From assembly GCA_004764695.1 (NCBI GenBank), contig SMSO01000036.1, forward strand, positions 1,984,001 to 2,048,000: DNA of 64,000 bases. Reading direction: 5' to 3'. Within the stretch, counting starts at the first letter, position 1, and each line of letters begins with the position of its first letter. This DNA is from Schizochytrium sp. TIO01 (Eukaryota > Protista > Bigyra: Labyrinthulomycetes). Below the pieces are notes generated by a model that saw only the letters and a program-made list of their open reading frames with translations, did not search any database and was not told where the DNA came from. The translations under genes and the position numbers were made by a program. Positions 37,001 to 50,441 of this stretch are shown in pieces.

Positions 37001-40000
37001 ACGTGCAGGAGCAAAAGCGGCGGCAAATGATGCGGAAGCTGTCGAGAACATCCCGCCTCGCTACCGCCCTGAGACTCTTTCCCGCTGTCTGTCTGTCTGT
37101 CTGTCTCTGCCCTTCAGAACGAGCTCAGCGCAGGCGCCCAAAACAGATAGATCCCGGCAGAAGAAGAAGAAGCAGAAGAGAAACAAGAGCCCCTGCCACA
37201 GCCAAGCAAGCGTCAGGAGCGAGATCTCGAACGCAGCGCAGGCCGCCCCAAGCTTCGAAGGCGAGGGCTTCTTTTTCTGTGAGGATCAATCACAGAAAGC
37301 TTGAAATGAATTCTGTGAAAGCGGTTTCGAACCTGGGCAGGTAAGCGTAGCACACACCTAATGCCGACTAGGAGGATCGAGGCCTCAGTGAAGATCCAAG
37401 GTCAGCGATGTTGTTGGATGGATGGATGGCTAGAAGCTGAGATCTTTACGGAAGCGGCGTAGAGAAGAGCACTGGCCGCGTGTGTAGCGAATGGGCGGAC
37501 CCGCACTCTTTCTCTGCGAACTTGACGAAGATCGATCGATCTTGCTCGGGCGCCTTGGCCGATCAGGCACATCGAGACCATCGATCTTGAGTGAGTTTTG
37601 CTCGCAAAAGCCAGACAGCTTTGTGGAAGAAGCACCTAAGGTAAACCCTAGCAGTGCAAGGTGTCAACAATCTCATAGAGCGTCTGGCTAGCAGTAGAAA
37701 GGGAACAATGAAAGCTGGCTGAACTTTCCCGTTGTTCAGCGCAGCTTAGTTAGTAATTGTAATAGAATGAGAACGTGATATTATAATACACTTCTTCTTT
37801 TCAAAAATAAAGCATGATAATAAGTGAGGTCTGATGGTTCAGTCTCATGTCGAAAAGCTCTTCTTTCTTGCGGGAGAATAAGGAGTAGGGAGGAAGTGGT
37901 AGTAGCAGAGTAGTAGGGAGCTAGCTAGCTAGCCTCTGACTATCGAGAAACGATGGACCTGCCGCTGAAGTTCGGGCGAGTGAGGCAGCAGAAATCTTCG
38001 AATACTCGAGCTTGAGGATGGATGGATATTCGAAGCTCGACTCGAGTTGGGGCTCGTCTGAGGCCGTGACGGAGATAACAACGCCTGCGCCTCGAGATCG
38101 ACTATGATCAGGATTCGCAAACAAACAGACAAACAAGCAAACATACAAGCAAACAAATATGTACAACCTAACTAACTAACTTACTTACTAACTGACTGAC
38201 TGACTGACTTTTCAAGGTCAAACAAACATCTCATGACGGCCACGGCCACTTCCAGTGGCGACAGAGACCATCTTCGGCTGCGCTATGGCTGATGAGGCGC
38301 GCGCGGCGGTCGAAAGTATTGGAAGCCTCTGCAAATGGGGCCGACTATGGCTGATGAGGCGCCGATCAATCACCACCTCAATCACATCGAGCGGATTGGA
38401 CTGCTCGCGATTGGAGTGCTTGTTCTTTTTGATTGTATCCACCACGGAGAAGATCTTATACGTCTTAACACTGAGTGCACGGTTGCGATTGCGATCTCTT
38501 TTGAAATCGAGCAGATTTCTGCATATCCATCGACAGAGAGAGAAACAAAGAAACAAGCAAACAAGCAAGAGCAAGCAAGTCGAAGCGAAGCGAAGCTTGG
38601 TCTACGAGGGGTGTTCTCAACTTTGAGAAATCCAAGATGGAAGACTGAAAGTCTTTTGTTTGCCTCGAGATCTCAAAGTGCCGCTGACTTGCACACGTGC
38701 ATGGTAGAAAGATTTCTCAATGTCCAACCTCGGTCTAACTCTGACTCGCAGAAACACCATTCATTCATTCATTCATTCCACCGCCCCTCAGAGAGAAAGG
38801 TAGGTAGGACCTCCCTACCTGGCAGTAGTGAGCAGTAGGTAGGTAGATAGCAGTGAGATTTTCCACAGCGAGATTTTGAGAAAGGAAGGGAGTTGGAAAC
38901 GAAGAGCGAAACTTTGATGAGCGAGGGATGTGAGACAGCAACGGCGCCCTTTAAGGGGAACGCTGTCTTCAAACTGAGCAAGATATCTGCACGAGTTGGC
39001 TCGTTGACAACAGGCGTGAATAAGAAAGGGCGATCGAGGTCGAAGGGGACATAGGACCTGTGAAGTTGCCAAGTCTAGAAAAAAATGCACTAGGTGATGA
39101 TAGCGGTTTAGGCTAGGAGTCTAAGCGGAAGAGGAAGAAGAAAAACTAGAACTAAATGTCAAGGGTATGATTATATACATCATACCTGGGGTTCTTGAAA
39201 TACCAGGGATTGGAATCAGGTTTCCCGCAAAGCAATGCGGCTCGGATTTGTTATGAGTGGTGGGCGGCTCACAGACCTCAAAGAAGAAACTGAACAGGAA
39301 GGAAGGTCAGGAATTCTCAAAGAGCGGCGCCTTAATTCTATTTTTACCTATTCAATGATGTAAATAATAAAACTTTTAAAATTTTATTGTAATCTTATTA
39401 AAAACAAACGTCAAATATCAAATAGACGTCCTTCTGAGGACTGTAACTCGTCTACACCAACTAGGGCCCGGTTTCGCAACTCCCCGTAAACGTACGTTAC
39501 TTCAAACGAACTCTTCGCGACGGTATGCTTTGTGCAGACACCGCGTGCCTTAGTACTTAGTCGACCCAAGTGGCCTCGGCCCTTAAACTCGAGGTACGCA
39601 ACTTATAAGTTTAAGTTTAACGCCCCCTTTATGGATGCACACCTTGTTATGACGAAACAAAATCGATGTTTCTTGAACCTCACGTCACGCACTCTCTCTC
39701 AGTTTCTTTTGACTCGCAGCCTTTCAGCCCATAGCAAGAAGAGCCGAATGCCAAGATTGATATTTTCGGGGACCGGTACCTACTATGTACTACCATCAAG
39801 CCACGCCATCGTCGTCAAAGTGATGTGAAGTATCAAACTAATCGATTATTCGTGCATTACACACAAACTCACAAACACACACACGTGCTCACATTCGCTC
39901 GTGCCACAGAGGCACAGTTCGTGGCAGTTACTGCTGCTGTCCGCCTTTCATTCATGTCATGCGATTCGCATCCAAACTCTCGCTCGCTCGAGTGCTTGCA

Positions 40001-41691
40001 CACGCGCGCTTCGCCAAGCTGGACCTCGATGATGAAGAACGAGACCAAGACCAAGACCAAGATCAAGATTAAAATCAAGATCAAGATCAAGATCAAGATC
40101 AAGATAACAGCAACGAGCAGCCTTCTTCAGAGTAGTAGCTAGTGCGTGCAAAAGCTGCGTTAAGCGGAGGTCCAAAGCGCCGCCGTCTGGGAGGTACGAT
40201 GAGATCACGACTGATTGGCTCACGACCACTCGCTGGAGGTGGAGCTCGAAGATGGAAACTGAGGCACCTCGAAGGAAGTTGAGGTTGGCAGACAAGAATG
40301 ACTTACTTACAGACTTCAAGCAAATTGACCTGCAATGCGACGGAGCGCAAGTTCCCACGAGCTCCAAGTTCTTCTCACGGCTATCAAGAACGACCCATCA
40401 GCACCGCGATGCTTAACTTACACACCTGCTCATTTCGAGGCTCGCACGCGCTGGAACTGAGGACCACGGGCGATGGGATAGATCGAAGACGCCCGAGTCG
40501 AACTCGAACTTGAGGCTGCTGACTTGAGGCGCCATCTTGGCTTCGTTCGATGGTCGTCAGAACAGAACCGGAGGAAGCGTAGCTATTACGAGCTGACTGA
40601 CTCGTCGGTCTGAAGATAGTTTGTTTCTTTGTTTCTTTGTTACTTCACGAGTGGGCGGACCTCCAAGAACCAATGTGAACCACGAACGAACGCAAATGAA
40701 GCACCTCGTGCAGCACGATCAGTGAATCGTCATCAGCTTCGATGGATTAGAAATCGGCGCTCGAGACTTCTTCTCCATGGCTGTTGCTCTCTGCCAAACC
40801 AACAGTATGTAGGTAGGTGTAGAGGAGAGGCTACCATCACAGGCTGGCTACCCACAGTAACTAACAGTAGGCTAGTGGCAACAAGCCAGCGTCGCACAAG
40901 TTCGCACACCCGCGTGGCGCCGACTTACAGGACACCGTCTCGTACGAAAGGCCGAAGAGAAAGGACGGGCAGCGGGGCCTATGCGGGCCTACGGTTTGCC
41001 GTAGCTAGCCGGCGGGATATTCGATGGATGGACGACGATTCTTCGAAACCCACTCGAGAGGGACTCTGATCGACGACACGAAGCCGTCCGTGAAACTGAT
41101 GGGTTCGCAGTAACACGCGCAGAGCACGCGGCGAAGATAGTCCGGCCTTGCGTTTTGCAGATGACAGACAAGCAAGCAAGCAAGCAAGCAGGTGAGAAGG
41201 GTGCAAGCCAAGTCAAGTCAAGTGCCGACTTATTTTGAGCCTCCAAAGTTCATTGAGATTGACTCATATCTGAGGAGCAGCTAGCACTGCGCTAGGCAGC
41301 AGTAGCCATTAGAAGCGAATAGGAAGAAACGTAGTGGTCGACGAGTGTCGTGAATCTCTGGCTCTTTGCTTTCTTTGTCTATTTGTTCCATTTATTTTAC
41401 GCAGACCTCTTTAATGGGTTGCATGCACCCTTAGCTATACTAGTAGGAGGAGGCGTACCTACCTCCTACTGGGATGAGGAGGGACTTACTCGCTTACCCA
41501 CTTGTTTACTTGATTAGTTCTTACCCGATATTAGAACGCTGAGAAGGTATGTGTAATTGGTTGCGACTATGAACAGTGAACACCCCTACTAGTGAACTTT
41601 TTCCTTCAATTTATGAGCTCAGTCGCGATTTCGCCTTCTTCTTCTTCGATTCTTGTTCTTTTTCTTACACCTAAAGAGTGAGACGTCTTTC

Positions 41692-41782
41692 ATTTATTTA
41701 TTCATTTATTTATTCATTTATTCATTTATTTATTTATTCATTTATTTATTTATTTATTTATTTATTTATATTTATTTATTTA
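41692..41782. repeat. (ATTT)n microsatellite leading into an AT-rich tract
   Basis: Direct reading. Confidence 0.92.
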
Positions 41783-42713
41783 TATGTAGTAGTTTAGTTT
41801 AGTTTAAAATACATCTTATTTCTTATAATGTATTTTATGGAATTATGAATGAAGAAAAGACTTTGTTTAATTGTGAAGTGTTTTTTAAAATAAAAAATTA
41901 AAATTATTGTGTTTTTTTTTTTAATTATAGAGTTTTTAATTTTTAATTAAAAAAAATTAAATTATTTTCAATAATTTGATAGTGAGACGGTATTTTATTT
42001 AAAGTATGTTTGTTTATATTTTAATTTTCTATTTGTTTTTAATCAACTATTGTGCTCGTAGCTTCTAAGTATTTTTCAAGTTATTTTTGTTGCCATGACA
42101 ATGTGGTTGGAGTAAGAATAACATCCAATGGGCACACGTACCTTTGGTACATCATGGGAACACGATGAAGTGTTGCTCTAATTCAGCATGCTACAACATC
42201 TATCGTTGTAATGAATTGAAGTTTTCCCTTCGGTCCGAGCAAGTTAGCCAAAGAACCTCAAGACTCCTTCAAGACACATCTCTAGCTAGAGCTAGCTAGA
42301 GTCTCTAGCTAGCTAGCTAGCTACAAACTGCGAAACCCATATTTGCTTTTAATTTACCCATTTTGTCTCTGCAATATCTTTATGAATGCTGATTTCAATC
42401 TGAAGAAATTGCTACGGTCGTTGTCGTTGTTGTTATTGCTGAGGATTCGTCCTTCTTCGCCTCTGGCTTGGGACTCGAGCACTTAATCAATACCGCGACT
42501 CGAAGGCCGCCTTTGCGGACTCGATACGAGTCGAGATCTTGTATCGTGAGAGAAAGGCGGTCCCAAAAGACGAACTTGCGTATCGAGGCGCATCAAACTT
42601 GTCGTTGTGGACAGAGATCTGCCGACGGCTTTGGGACTATCTTTTTTGACGTTGACTTAGAATTTGTTGTTTCAAGAGACTCCAAATTTGTTGCGGGCAA
42701 GCTCAAAGGAGCT

Positions 42714-44333
42714 ATGTTGCCTCAGAGGAAGCTAGCCTTCAGTGGCGTGCTCCTCTTGATAGCGTGCTTATCAAGCTTGCTTGAGACAGTGCAAGCCCTG
42801 AAGCCAAACATCGTCTTTATCCTTGTGGATGATCTTGGATACACCGACTTTGGATACAAGAATGGTGGCGAGATTGATACACCTAATTTAGATGCAATTG
42901 CCCATCGCGGCATTGACTTCACCAGATACTATGTGCACTGCGTGTGCTCACCTAGCAGAGCAGCCCTCATGACTGGCCGTTATTCGCATCACACGGGAGT
43001 TCACAATTGGCTAGTACCTGTTGGCAACATTGGCGTGGGGCTCGACGAAGTCTTCATCAGCGAGAAGATGAACGAAGCTGGTTATGCCACTCATATGGTT
43101 GGCAAGTGGCACCTTGGCCACCACAAGTGGGATTACCTTCCCAATTACAGAGGCTTTGATTCCTACTACGGTATGCTTACCGGAGGTGGTTGCTACTTCA
43201 TGGGCCGTGCCAATGCAGAAGGATTCTGGTATCAGTATATCGAAACCACTGCCCCCAAATGCAATGTGGAATCTTGTGCAAGAATCCCATGGGAAGCCCA
43301 GACCAAGTACTCTACAGAAACATTCAGCGAAAAGGCAGTCGAAGTAATTGATCGTCATGCTGCTGCGTATAACTCCCAGCCACTTTTCCTCTACGTTGCC
43401 TATCAGGCTGTACACGCTGGAGGATGGCAGTTTACTCAAGTGCCCCCGCACTACGTCGACCCCTATTTAGATCGTATGAAGCCCGGCAAGCGCCAGCAAT
43501 TTGCCGGAATGGTGGCTGCCTTGGATTCAGGCATCGGAAACATTACAAGCGCTCTTGAGCGGAATGGCTACACAGACGAAAACACGTTGATTATTGTATC
43601 TACAGATAACGGAGGTCCTATTGAGCCTGTTGACGCAACTGGATCTAGCAACAGACCTTTTAGAGGCGGCAAACACTCCCTATATGAAGGCGGTGTACGC
43701 GGACTAGGCTTTGTTGCCGGTTATGGTATTCAACGTAAGAATACTACCTACGCCGGCCTCATGCACATCACGGACTGGTTTGCAACCCTTGCTGATGTTG
43801 CGGGATATTCATTGGACACCAAAAAGCCACTCGACAGCGTTTCTCACTGGGCCAAACTTTCAGCACCGGAGTCTTTCTCAGAAGAGGACATCCTGGCATC
43901 CCCTATGCGTACCGAAGTCGTCCTTGGTAACTCTTCTGACCATGGTATTGGCTTTGCTATGCTTGTAGATGATGAAGAAGGCAGGCAGTGGAAAATTGTC
44001 ACCGGCACTCCTGGTTTCCCAAACACATGGGGCACGTATAGCACTACTCCTGAAGAGCAGTTTCTCGCTGACAAGAAAGAGGGCGTGCCTTGCCCCAACA
44101 ACTTTTGCCTGTATGAAATCTCAAGTGACCCAGAAGAGCGCCATAATCTGTCTACCGACCCTGCTTATAAACAGGTTCTCAAAAAACTGAAGAAGGTCTT
44201 ATTAGATGAATTTGCAACAAGCCATGACCTCGTTGCCGACTGCGACATCAAACCTGTGTCCAAGGTTGAAGAGCACGTCAATCACGCATGGTGGCCTTAT
44301 TGTGATAGCACAAGTGCTGGTGTAGAGAAATAA
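42714..44333 (+). CDS. Secreted formylglycine-dependent sulfatase (arylsulfatase B-like), copy 1
   Basis: Signal peptide from the ATG at 42714, then KPNIVFILVDDLG, CSPSRAALMTGRY (CxPxR), GKWHLG, STDNGG, PFRGGKHSLYEGGVR and DPEERHNL. Confidence 0.95.
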   Translation: MLPQRKLAFSGVLLLIACLSSLLETVQALKPNIVFILVDDLGYTDFGYKNGGEIDTPNLDAIAHRGIDFTRYYVHCVCSPSRAALMTGRYSHHTGVHNWLVPVGNIGVGLDEVFISEKMNEAGYATHMVGKWHLGHHKWDYLPNYRGFDSYYGMLTGGGCYFMGRANAEGFWYQYIETTAPKCNVESCARIPWEAQTKYSTETFSEKAVEVIDRHAAAYNSQPLFLYVAYQAVHAGGWQFTQVPPHYVDPYLDRMKPGKRQQFAGMVAALDSGIGNITSALERNGYTDENTLIIVSTDNGGPIEPVDATGSSNRPFRGGKHSLYEGGVRGLGFVAGYGIQRKNTTYAGLMHITDWFATLADVAGYSLDTKKPLDSVSHWAKLSAPESFSEEDILASPMRTEVVLGNSSDHGIGFAMLVDDEEGRQWKIVTGTPGFPNTWGTYSTTPEEQFLADKKEGVPCPNNFCLYEISSDPEERHNLSTDPAYKQVLKKLKKVLLDEFATSHDLVADCDIKPVSKVEEHVNHAWWPYCDSTSAGVEK

Positions 44334-45297
44334 TAAGTCCAGGCGAATCTCACTTCGCATGCGTGCATCTACCGTCGCCCTTTTTCAACTTTGGCATCAG
44401 TTCATAATTAAATAAAAAAGCTGACTTAAAGCAAACAAATCGAACGATCATTCATAGGAATCTGCTCAAATTTATATCCTCCTCTAACCTCCCAACAAGT
44501 CGATTGTGATCCGGGGAGTACAGCTCAAATCTAGGCTTTGCTCCCCAATCTGATGTATATTCTACGTTCTTGTTAGTAGCAAAAGATTATAGCATTTTCT
44601 ATTGTCGCAACAGTAAAGCTCCTGGTTCACTCCACATCTTCTTCACATTTTGAAATTGAATAACCCATTATTTCTCTTGGAGATTCGACCAGATCTATTA
44701 CCTGCGTGTCTTGTATTTCACCAAAGAGCTACACTATATATACATGTGTACCCTCACCTGCCCGTAATCATTAGATCAAGATCAGGAGACAGCCATGCGC
44801 CTTCCATGGAGTTAACACCATCTTCATTTACAAAACCCATAAAAGATATTTCTTTCTAAGCATCACCTAGGTAGCACTAACTACTAGTAAGTATCTATGG
44901 GTTTACTCTTTTCCTCTTTTTATAAAGAAGAAACAACAACTTGGGTTGGAAAGACCTCTTTCGTGGGCTTAAAAAGCAAAGACCCAACCGCTACGAAAAA
45001 GTCGAGCAGTCGCTCGCCGTTCTACAGGGAGGAAACAGCTTATAACCTTTGCCCTGATCCCCGAGGCGCCTGGAGTCTGCGGGTATTTGGGCCTTGCGTA
45101 GCGACCCTAAAGAAGCAGCTCTCCTGAAGCTGGGACGCGTGGAGTGCAGTTGAATCTTCTTTCTTTCTTTATCTTGAAGATCTTGTATCTTCTTTAACGA
45201 TCGGTATCTATCAAGCCAATTCCTAGTTTTATGAAGTACCTCTGCATCGACGAAGCGGGGGTGATCGAATTTAACGTTCAGACTTCGGTCGAAAAGA

Positions 45298-46953
45298 ATG
45301 ATCCTGAAAGCTCTGGTCCTGGCATTTGCTTTGGTGCTTTGCCTTGCTCAGTTTGCGAAAGCTGCTGAGAATAATGGGACGAAACCAAACATTGTATTCA
45401 TCGTAATTGATGATCTCGGCTATGCAGATATCGGCTACCGCAATGACAACGAGATCGATACACCTCACCTAAATTCAATTGTGGGGCGTGGTATTGATTT
45501 GCAACGTTACTACGTTCATACAGTTTGCTCCCCGAGCCGTGCTGCACTCATGACTGGTCGCTTCTCGCACCACACAGGCGTCCATAATTGGCTTCATCCG
45601 ATTGCCAACATTGCTGTCGAACTTGACGAAGTCTTTCTTAGCCAAAAGCTCAAGGACGCTGGCTATGCTACGCACATGGTAGGCAAGTGGCACCTTGGGC
45701 ATCACAAGTGGAGTTACACCCCTACCTATCGCGGTTTTGACACATACTTCGGATACTACACAGGTGGTGGCGACTACTTCATGGGCCGGTGTGACTCAGA
45801 GCGATACTGGTTCCAGTACCTTGATGCTAAAGCGCCAAATTGCAATGAAGAAGAAACCTGTGTACGAATCCCTTGGGAAATCCAGGTTGAATACTCAACA
45901 GAGGTTTTCTCTCGTAAAGCCGTAGAGGTTGTTGAACGCCACGCAGCTCACGAGAGAGACAAACCTCTCTTTCTTTATCTTGCTTTTCAAGCAATGCATG
46001 CGGGCTTTTTCCAACCTAACCAAGTCCCTCCCTACTGGGTGGAACCCTACCTTAAGCGAATGGGACCAGGGCAACGTCGCCAGTTTGCAGGCGCTCTTGC
46101 AGCTGTTGATTCTGCTGTAGGAAACCTCACAGATGCTCTTGAGCGTAATGGGTTTACCGATGAAAACACTTTAATTATTGTATCCACAGACAATGGCGGT
46201 CCTGTTCATGTTGGAGACGCGGTAGGTGCTCGCAATACCCCCTATCGTGGTGGTAAGCACTGCCTCTACGAAGGAGGTGTCCGTGGCGTTGCTTTTCTAG
46301 CGGGTTATGGAATTAAACGCAAGGGTAAATCTTACAGTGCTCTCATGCATATTACCGATTGGTTTGCCACACTAGCTGATGTTGCGGGCTTCTCGCTTGA
46401 GACCAAGCGTCCGTTGGATTCCGTTTCCCATTGGGCACGCCTCTCTGCAGATTCTGATGAGGAACTTGCAGATGCAGAACCTCTGCGTACAGAAATTGCA
46501 CTTGGAAACGTTTCTGATTATGGTTACGGATTTGGCATGATTATCGACGATGATGAAGGCCACCAGTGGAAAATTATTGCTGATTCTCCTGGGTATCCTT
46601 CTGTTCTCACAGAGGAGGACCCTGCATCAGATCCCCACGGCTTGGAAACGAAAGGAAAGTCTTGCCATAATGGATTCTGCCTCTTCGAGCTTACATCTGA
46701 TCCTCAAGAAAGCAATGATCTTGCGGAAGACCCTGCATACGCTTCGATTCTTGCAAAGTTGCGCAAACGCATTCTTCAAGAGATTGAAACGTTCCATGAT
46801 ATTCCCAAAGACTGTGATATCGAGGCCACTCCACGTTATGAACTGCATGTCGGCAATGCTTGGTGGCCGTACTGCCCCGACGATGACGACAGCCACGTTT
46901 CACAAGAAATTGAATTTGCAGCTAAGCAGCATGGATTTCTCGCAGAAAAGTAA
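45298..46953 (+). CDS. Secreted formylglycine-dependent sulfatase (arylsulfatase B-like), copy 2
   Basis: Signal peptide plus the same motif set (CSPSR, GKWHLG, TDNGG, YEGGVR). Colinear with copy 1. Confidence 0.95.
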   Translation: MILKALVLAFALVLCLAQFAKAAENNGTKPNIVFIVIDDLGYADIGYRNDNEIDTPHLNSIVGRGIDLQRYYVHTVCSPSRAALMTGRFSHHTGVHNWLHPIANIAVELDEVFLSQKLKDAGYATHMVGKWHLGHHKWSYTPTYRGFDTYFGYYTGGGDYFMGRCDSERYWFQYLDAKAPNCNEEETCVRIPWEIQVEYSTEVFSRKAVEVVERHAAHERDKPLFLYLAFQAMHAGFFQPNQVPPYWVEPYLKRMGPGQRRQFAGALAAVDSAVGNLTDALERNGFTDENTLIIVSTDNGGPVHVGDAVGARNTPYRGGKHCLYEGGVRGVAFLAGYGIKRKGKSYSALMHITDWFATLADVAGFSLETKRPLDSVSHWARLSADSDEELADAEPLRTEIALGNVSDYGYGFGMIIDDDEGHQWKIIADSPGYPSVLTEEDPASDPHGLETKGKSCHNGFCLFELTSDPQESNDLAEDPAYASILAKLRKRILQEIETFHDIPKDCDIEATPRYELHVGNAWWPYCPDDDDSHVSQEIEFAAKQHGFLAEK

Positions 46954-49900
46954 ACAACATTTCATTTATTTTCCTTCTTATTTGCTTTTGCGTATCAAGA
47001 TGTCGCGAACCAATTAGTTCATCAAAATATCATCATAGGGTTGTTGTTTAAACTTTCAAGTTTGATTTGATTCATATATTTTAAAGGGATAACTTTGTTC
47101 ACTCGGAATAAAGTTGAGAAGAATGGTTTTGGAATAAGTCATTTAGAAATAAGATCAAAATTTTAACAGGGTGCATACGTCTTTGAAATAACTGATGCTG
47201 ATGAAAGAAATTGATACAACCTTCACTCCCCTTCCTCCAACAAAATTCAAAGTTTTCCTATTGCATTTCTCATTTCTTGTATATCTTACTCATTTGCTTT
47301 TTACTTGTCTAACGAATGGAAATCTCACCTTAAAAATAGCCTTGACGGCTCAGCTCTATACCCCAAGGTACATTTTCAACATAATTCTCCTTGTGACCGA
47401 CCCTGTATTAGCTCTTCGAAATTGAATACAATAAAATTTGATTAAAATCTATCAAGACACTCGGTGAGAAAGATGAATAGCCAGAATGTGTCATGTTGCC
47501 CTATTGCCCACATCACTCTTTCAAGCTGTGCAATACACCGTCGAACACAACCTTCGATACTTGCAGCCGGCGTTGTCCTATGTCTGAATGTATCCCATGG
47601 TGTGCGAAGTCGTCGTTCAACTCACCCATCGGAGCAATCACAATTGGTAGGTACCACTATATAGAAATCAAAATCAAAGACTGGGGCAAACAGCTCATAT
47701 TGTGAGATGTTGCGTGTAACCTTGTTGTTGTTCGAAAGGGAGTCAGCATTCTTCCCTAATGGATCAAATGTTCTTCATAAAGGTTTACGTCAAGGCAGCG
47801 AAGGTTGCTATAAATGCATGAGCAGGGCTGCGCCCAGTATCAGCCTAAGCCTGTGAGGTGAGACGCCACTGCTGCGGCGAAGAGTAGCCCAACCTTTCTC
47901 GGTGGCGTACTGCGTCATGTAATATTGACATCGTAGCCACCATATGTTAGCTCGAAATAAACGATTCCTACACCAGTACTAAAGTTTGACATAGTTAATC
48001 GAAACGTGTTCACTATTCGCTTCTGCTGAGAGACATTCAAAAAAAGAAAATTGCAAGTTTGGTTTTACCTAGCCATACTAGTGTTTTACATAAGAGTATG
48101 TTCTTACCATCGTCAATAAACAATTAGAACATTTTGGAACACTCAATTTAGGCGCCCCATCCCGCATGATATTGGGAACCCAAATTGATGAAAAGAACGA
48201 CTATGTTTTGCAAGCGCGCACATGTTTCTAGAGCGTAGAGCAAGTGCTGTTATTACGTGATTGGTTTTATTAAAATGAATATATAGATGAATTGTAATTT
48301 TATAGGAGATTGCCTTGTGGCTTCGAATGATTTTAAAACTACGAAACATGACGATTGTAGCGCAATGTCGGCCATCTCCTGGATCTCCTGGCACCACCTT
48401 TACGCTTTCATACGCCAGTAAAGCCTTTGAGTAAATCATAACACGTGCACAATGTCTTGGATAGGTACTTGTACCTGAGCCTAGGATCGACAGCAAGAGG
48501 AGTTTCACTCCCTCGCAGCCTTGTGATCAAGCCTTGGTCCTACGTTGTTAGAGTGGACTGATCACAAGGCTAACTTATCTCAGCAGGCAAAACAGAGAAA
48601 AATGATTGACGATACCATGTTTGAAGCCGTCAATCTCTAGCGCGTGCGTCGAAACTAAGTTCGATGGACCAGCGCGTGTCGGCCCGTGACCCAGCGAACA
48701 AAAGAGCAATGAATACTCGCCCCACCCTTGGCCAAGGGCTTCTGAAGCAGGTGCATCAGCTCTCGATCATCGAATAGGCAACACATGCAGCCTTGAACCT
48801 GACTGTTAAATTAGCAGCAAAGCTTTGTAGGTAACGACATACAGGTGGACGAGCTTGTAATAGCAGTAGTTGTGGTTGTTGAGCACGTGCACAAGGATCT
48901 ACTACTGGTAGTACTATTGTTTTTAGTAGGACAGAATGCCACATATTTTAAAAAAGGAGGTAGGTATAGATAGACCTAGGTACAAACTATTGCGTGTGCT
49001 TACTTGAAGAGCTTAACAGGTGCCTTCAGCACATACTCGCAAGTTCAAGGCAGCAAGCGAGTCAAAGCAAACAGGCGCGCAAGTATACACCCGGGCAGCC
49101 GGCGTTGGAGACAAACTGAATACCCGCTGGAAGAGAAAAGTAGGTACTCGTACTATAGATGACGAAATATGAGTCCTGTAATAAAGACATGAGCATGCCA
49201 ATTGAAGAAAGAGAAAATAGAAAAACGAATGAATGAACGAACGAAGAATCGAAGAGGCAGAAAGCATAATTACATTTTATAGTCACGACGGCTGCCATGC
49301 AACAATAAACAAGTGGCGTGTTGACATGAAGAGATTAGAAGTTACGCCAACCAGGCGAGGCTGACGCGGAGGGCCACGAAGAAATCATGCTGCTTGCGAC
49401 GAAGTGCATGTAACACAACGCATTATCATGATGATCACAATTAGAAACTAGTTGACACCTATAACAAGTTCATCCAGAGAAATCTAAGGACTATCATGGC
49501 AATTTATGGCGGCATTAAGCTACGAGCGCTCCTGAGAGATAGCCCCAGAGAGTTTTTTAAGGCTTGTCAAACGGCTCCACTGTTGGCTTCAGCTGCATTT
49601 TATCCAGGGTAACACAAGTTGGAAAACAACTTTAAAGGGGTTCATAGCTAGGTGTACGTACCTACACTCGCCAGCCTCTCAAAATCGCTGCTTCAGCTCG
49701 AAGTCGCGGTATCTTCAGCCTTCTCCCGCGGCGTTCTAGCCAGGTGCCACCTCCTGATTTAGTAGACATAGAAACAGCAAAACAACCGTGACATAAGCTT
49801 GAATCACAGACCTGTGAAAGTCGGAAGCGCACGTGAAAATTACACAATTTTATACTTTTTATTCGTCACATGAAAAGAGAGTGTGACTTTGCCGCTTTAC

Positions 49901-50441
49901 CAACTAGGAATCTTCATCAGCACTCAGGCGCTGCTTACTCTTCGTAGACACTGTACCTAGATGCTTCTTCTCGCATCCCGCCAAAGCTCTTTCTTGTCTC
50001 AAGGCCCTTTCTTGCAACAAAACTGTGTGCGTGGGTATATGGATGTATGTATGTATGTATGTATGAATGTATGAATGTATGTATGAATGTACCTACCTAC
50101 ATCGACGTGTAATGTAATAAATCATTCCCATTGCTTTTTCTTTTCTTTTCTTCTTCTGCTGTTGGTACCAAGGTAAGGACGAGTAGATCACTACTATGGG
50201 GGTGCGTTTATTAATGTTTCCTTTTAAAGTTTCTCTTTTCATATGTTCTTTTGATGATGATTACGACTTAGAGGAAGACACTCTTGACGCGTGCAACCTC
50301 GAAGAATATCGACGAGGCCTCGTGCAAAAGCCAAAAGAGCTCAAGTACGTCTGGCCGAGTTTGTCAGCGGACCTCTAACGCATTTTGTGCGTGCCAGCTT
50401 TAGTAGGGTACTTGGTGGTTAAGTTAGCTGTGGAACCAACC

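Noticed and set aside
38283-38362. CTGATGAG...CGAAA hammerhead-like core within an 18-bp direct repeat
   Set aside because: Stem II is weak, there is no UH cleavage site before stem I, and there is no stem III.
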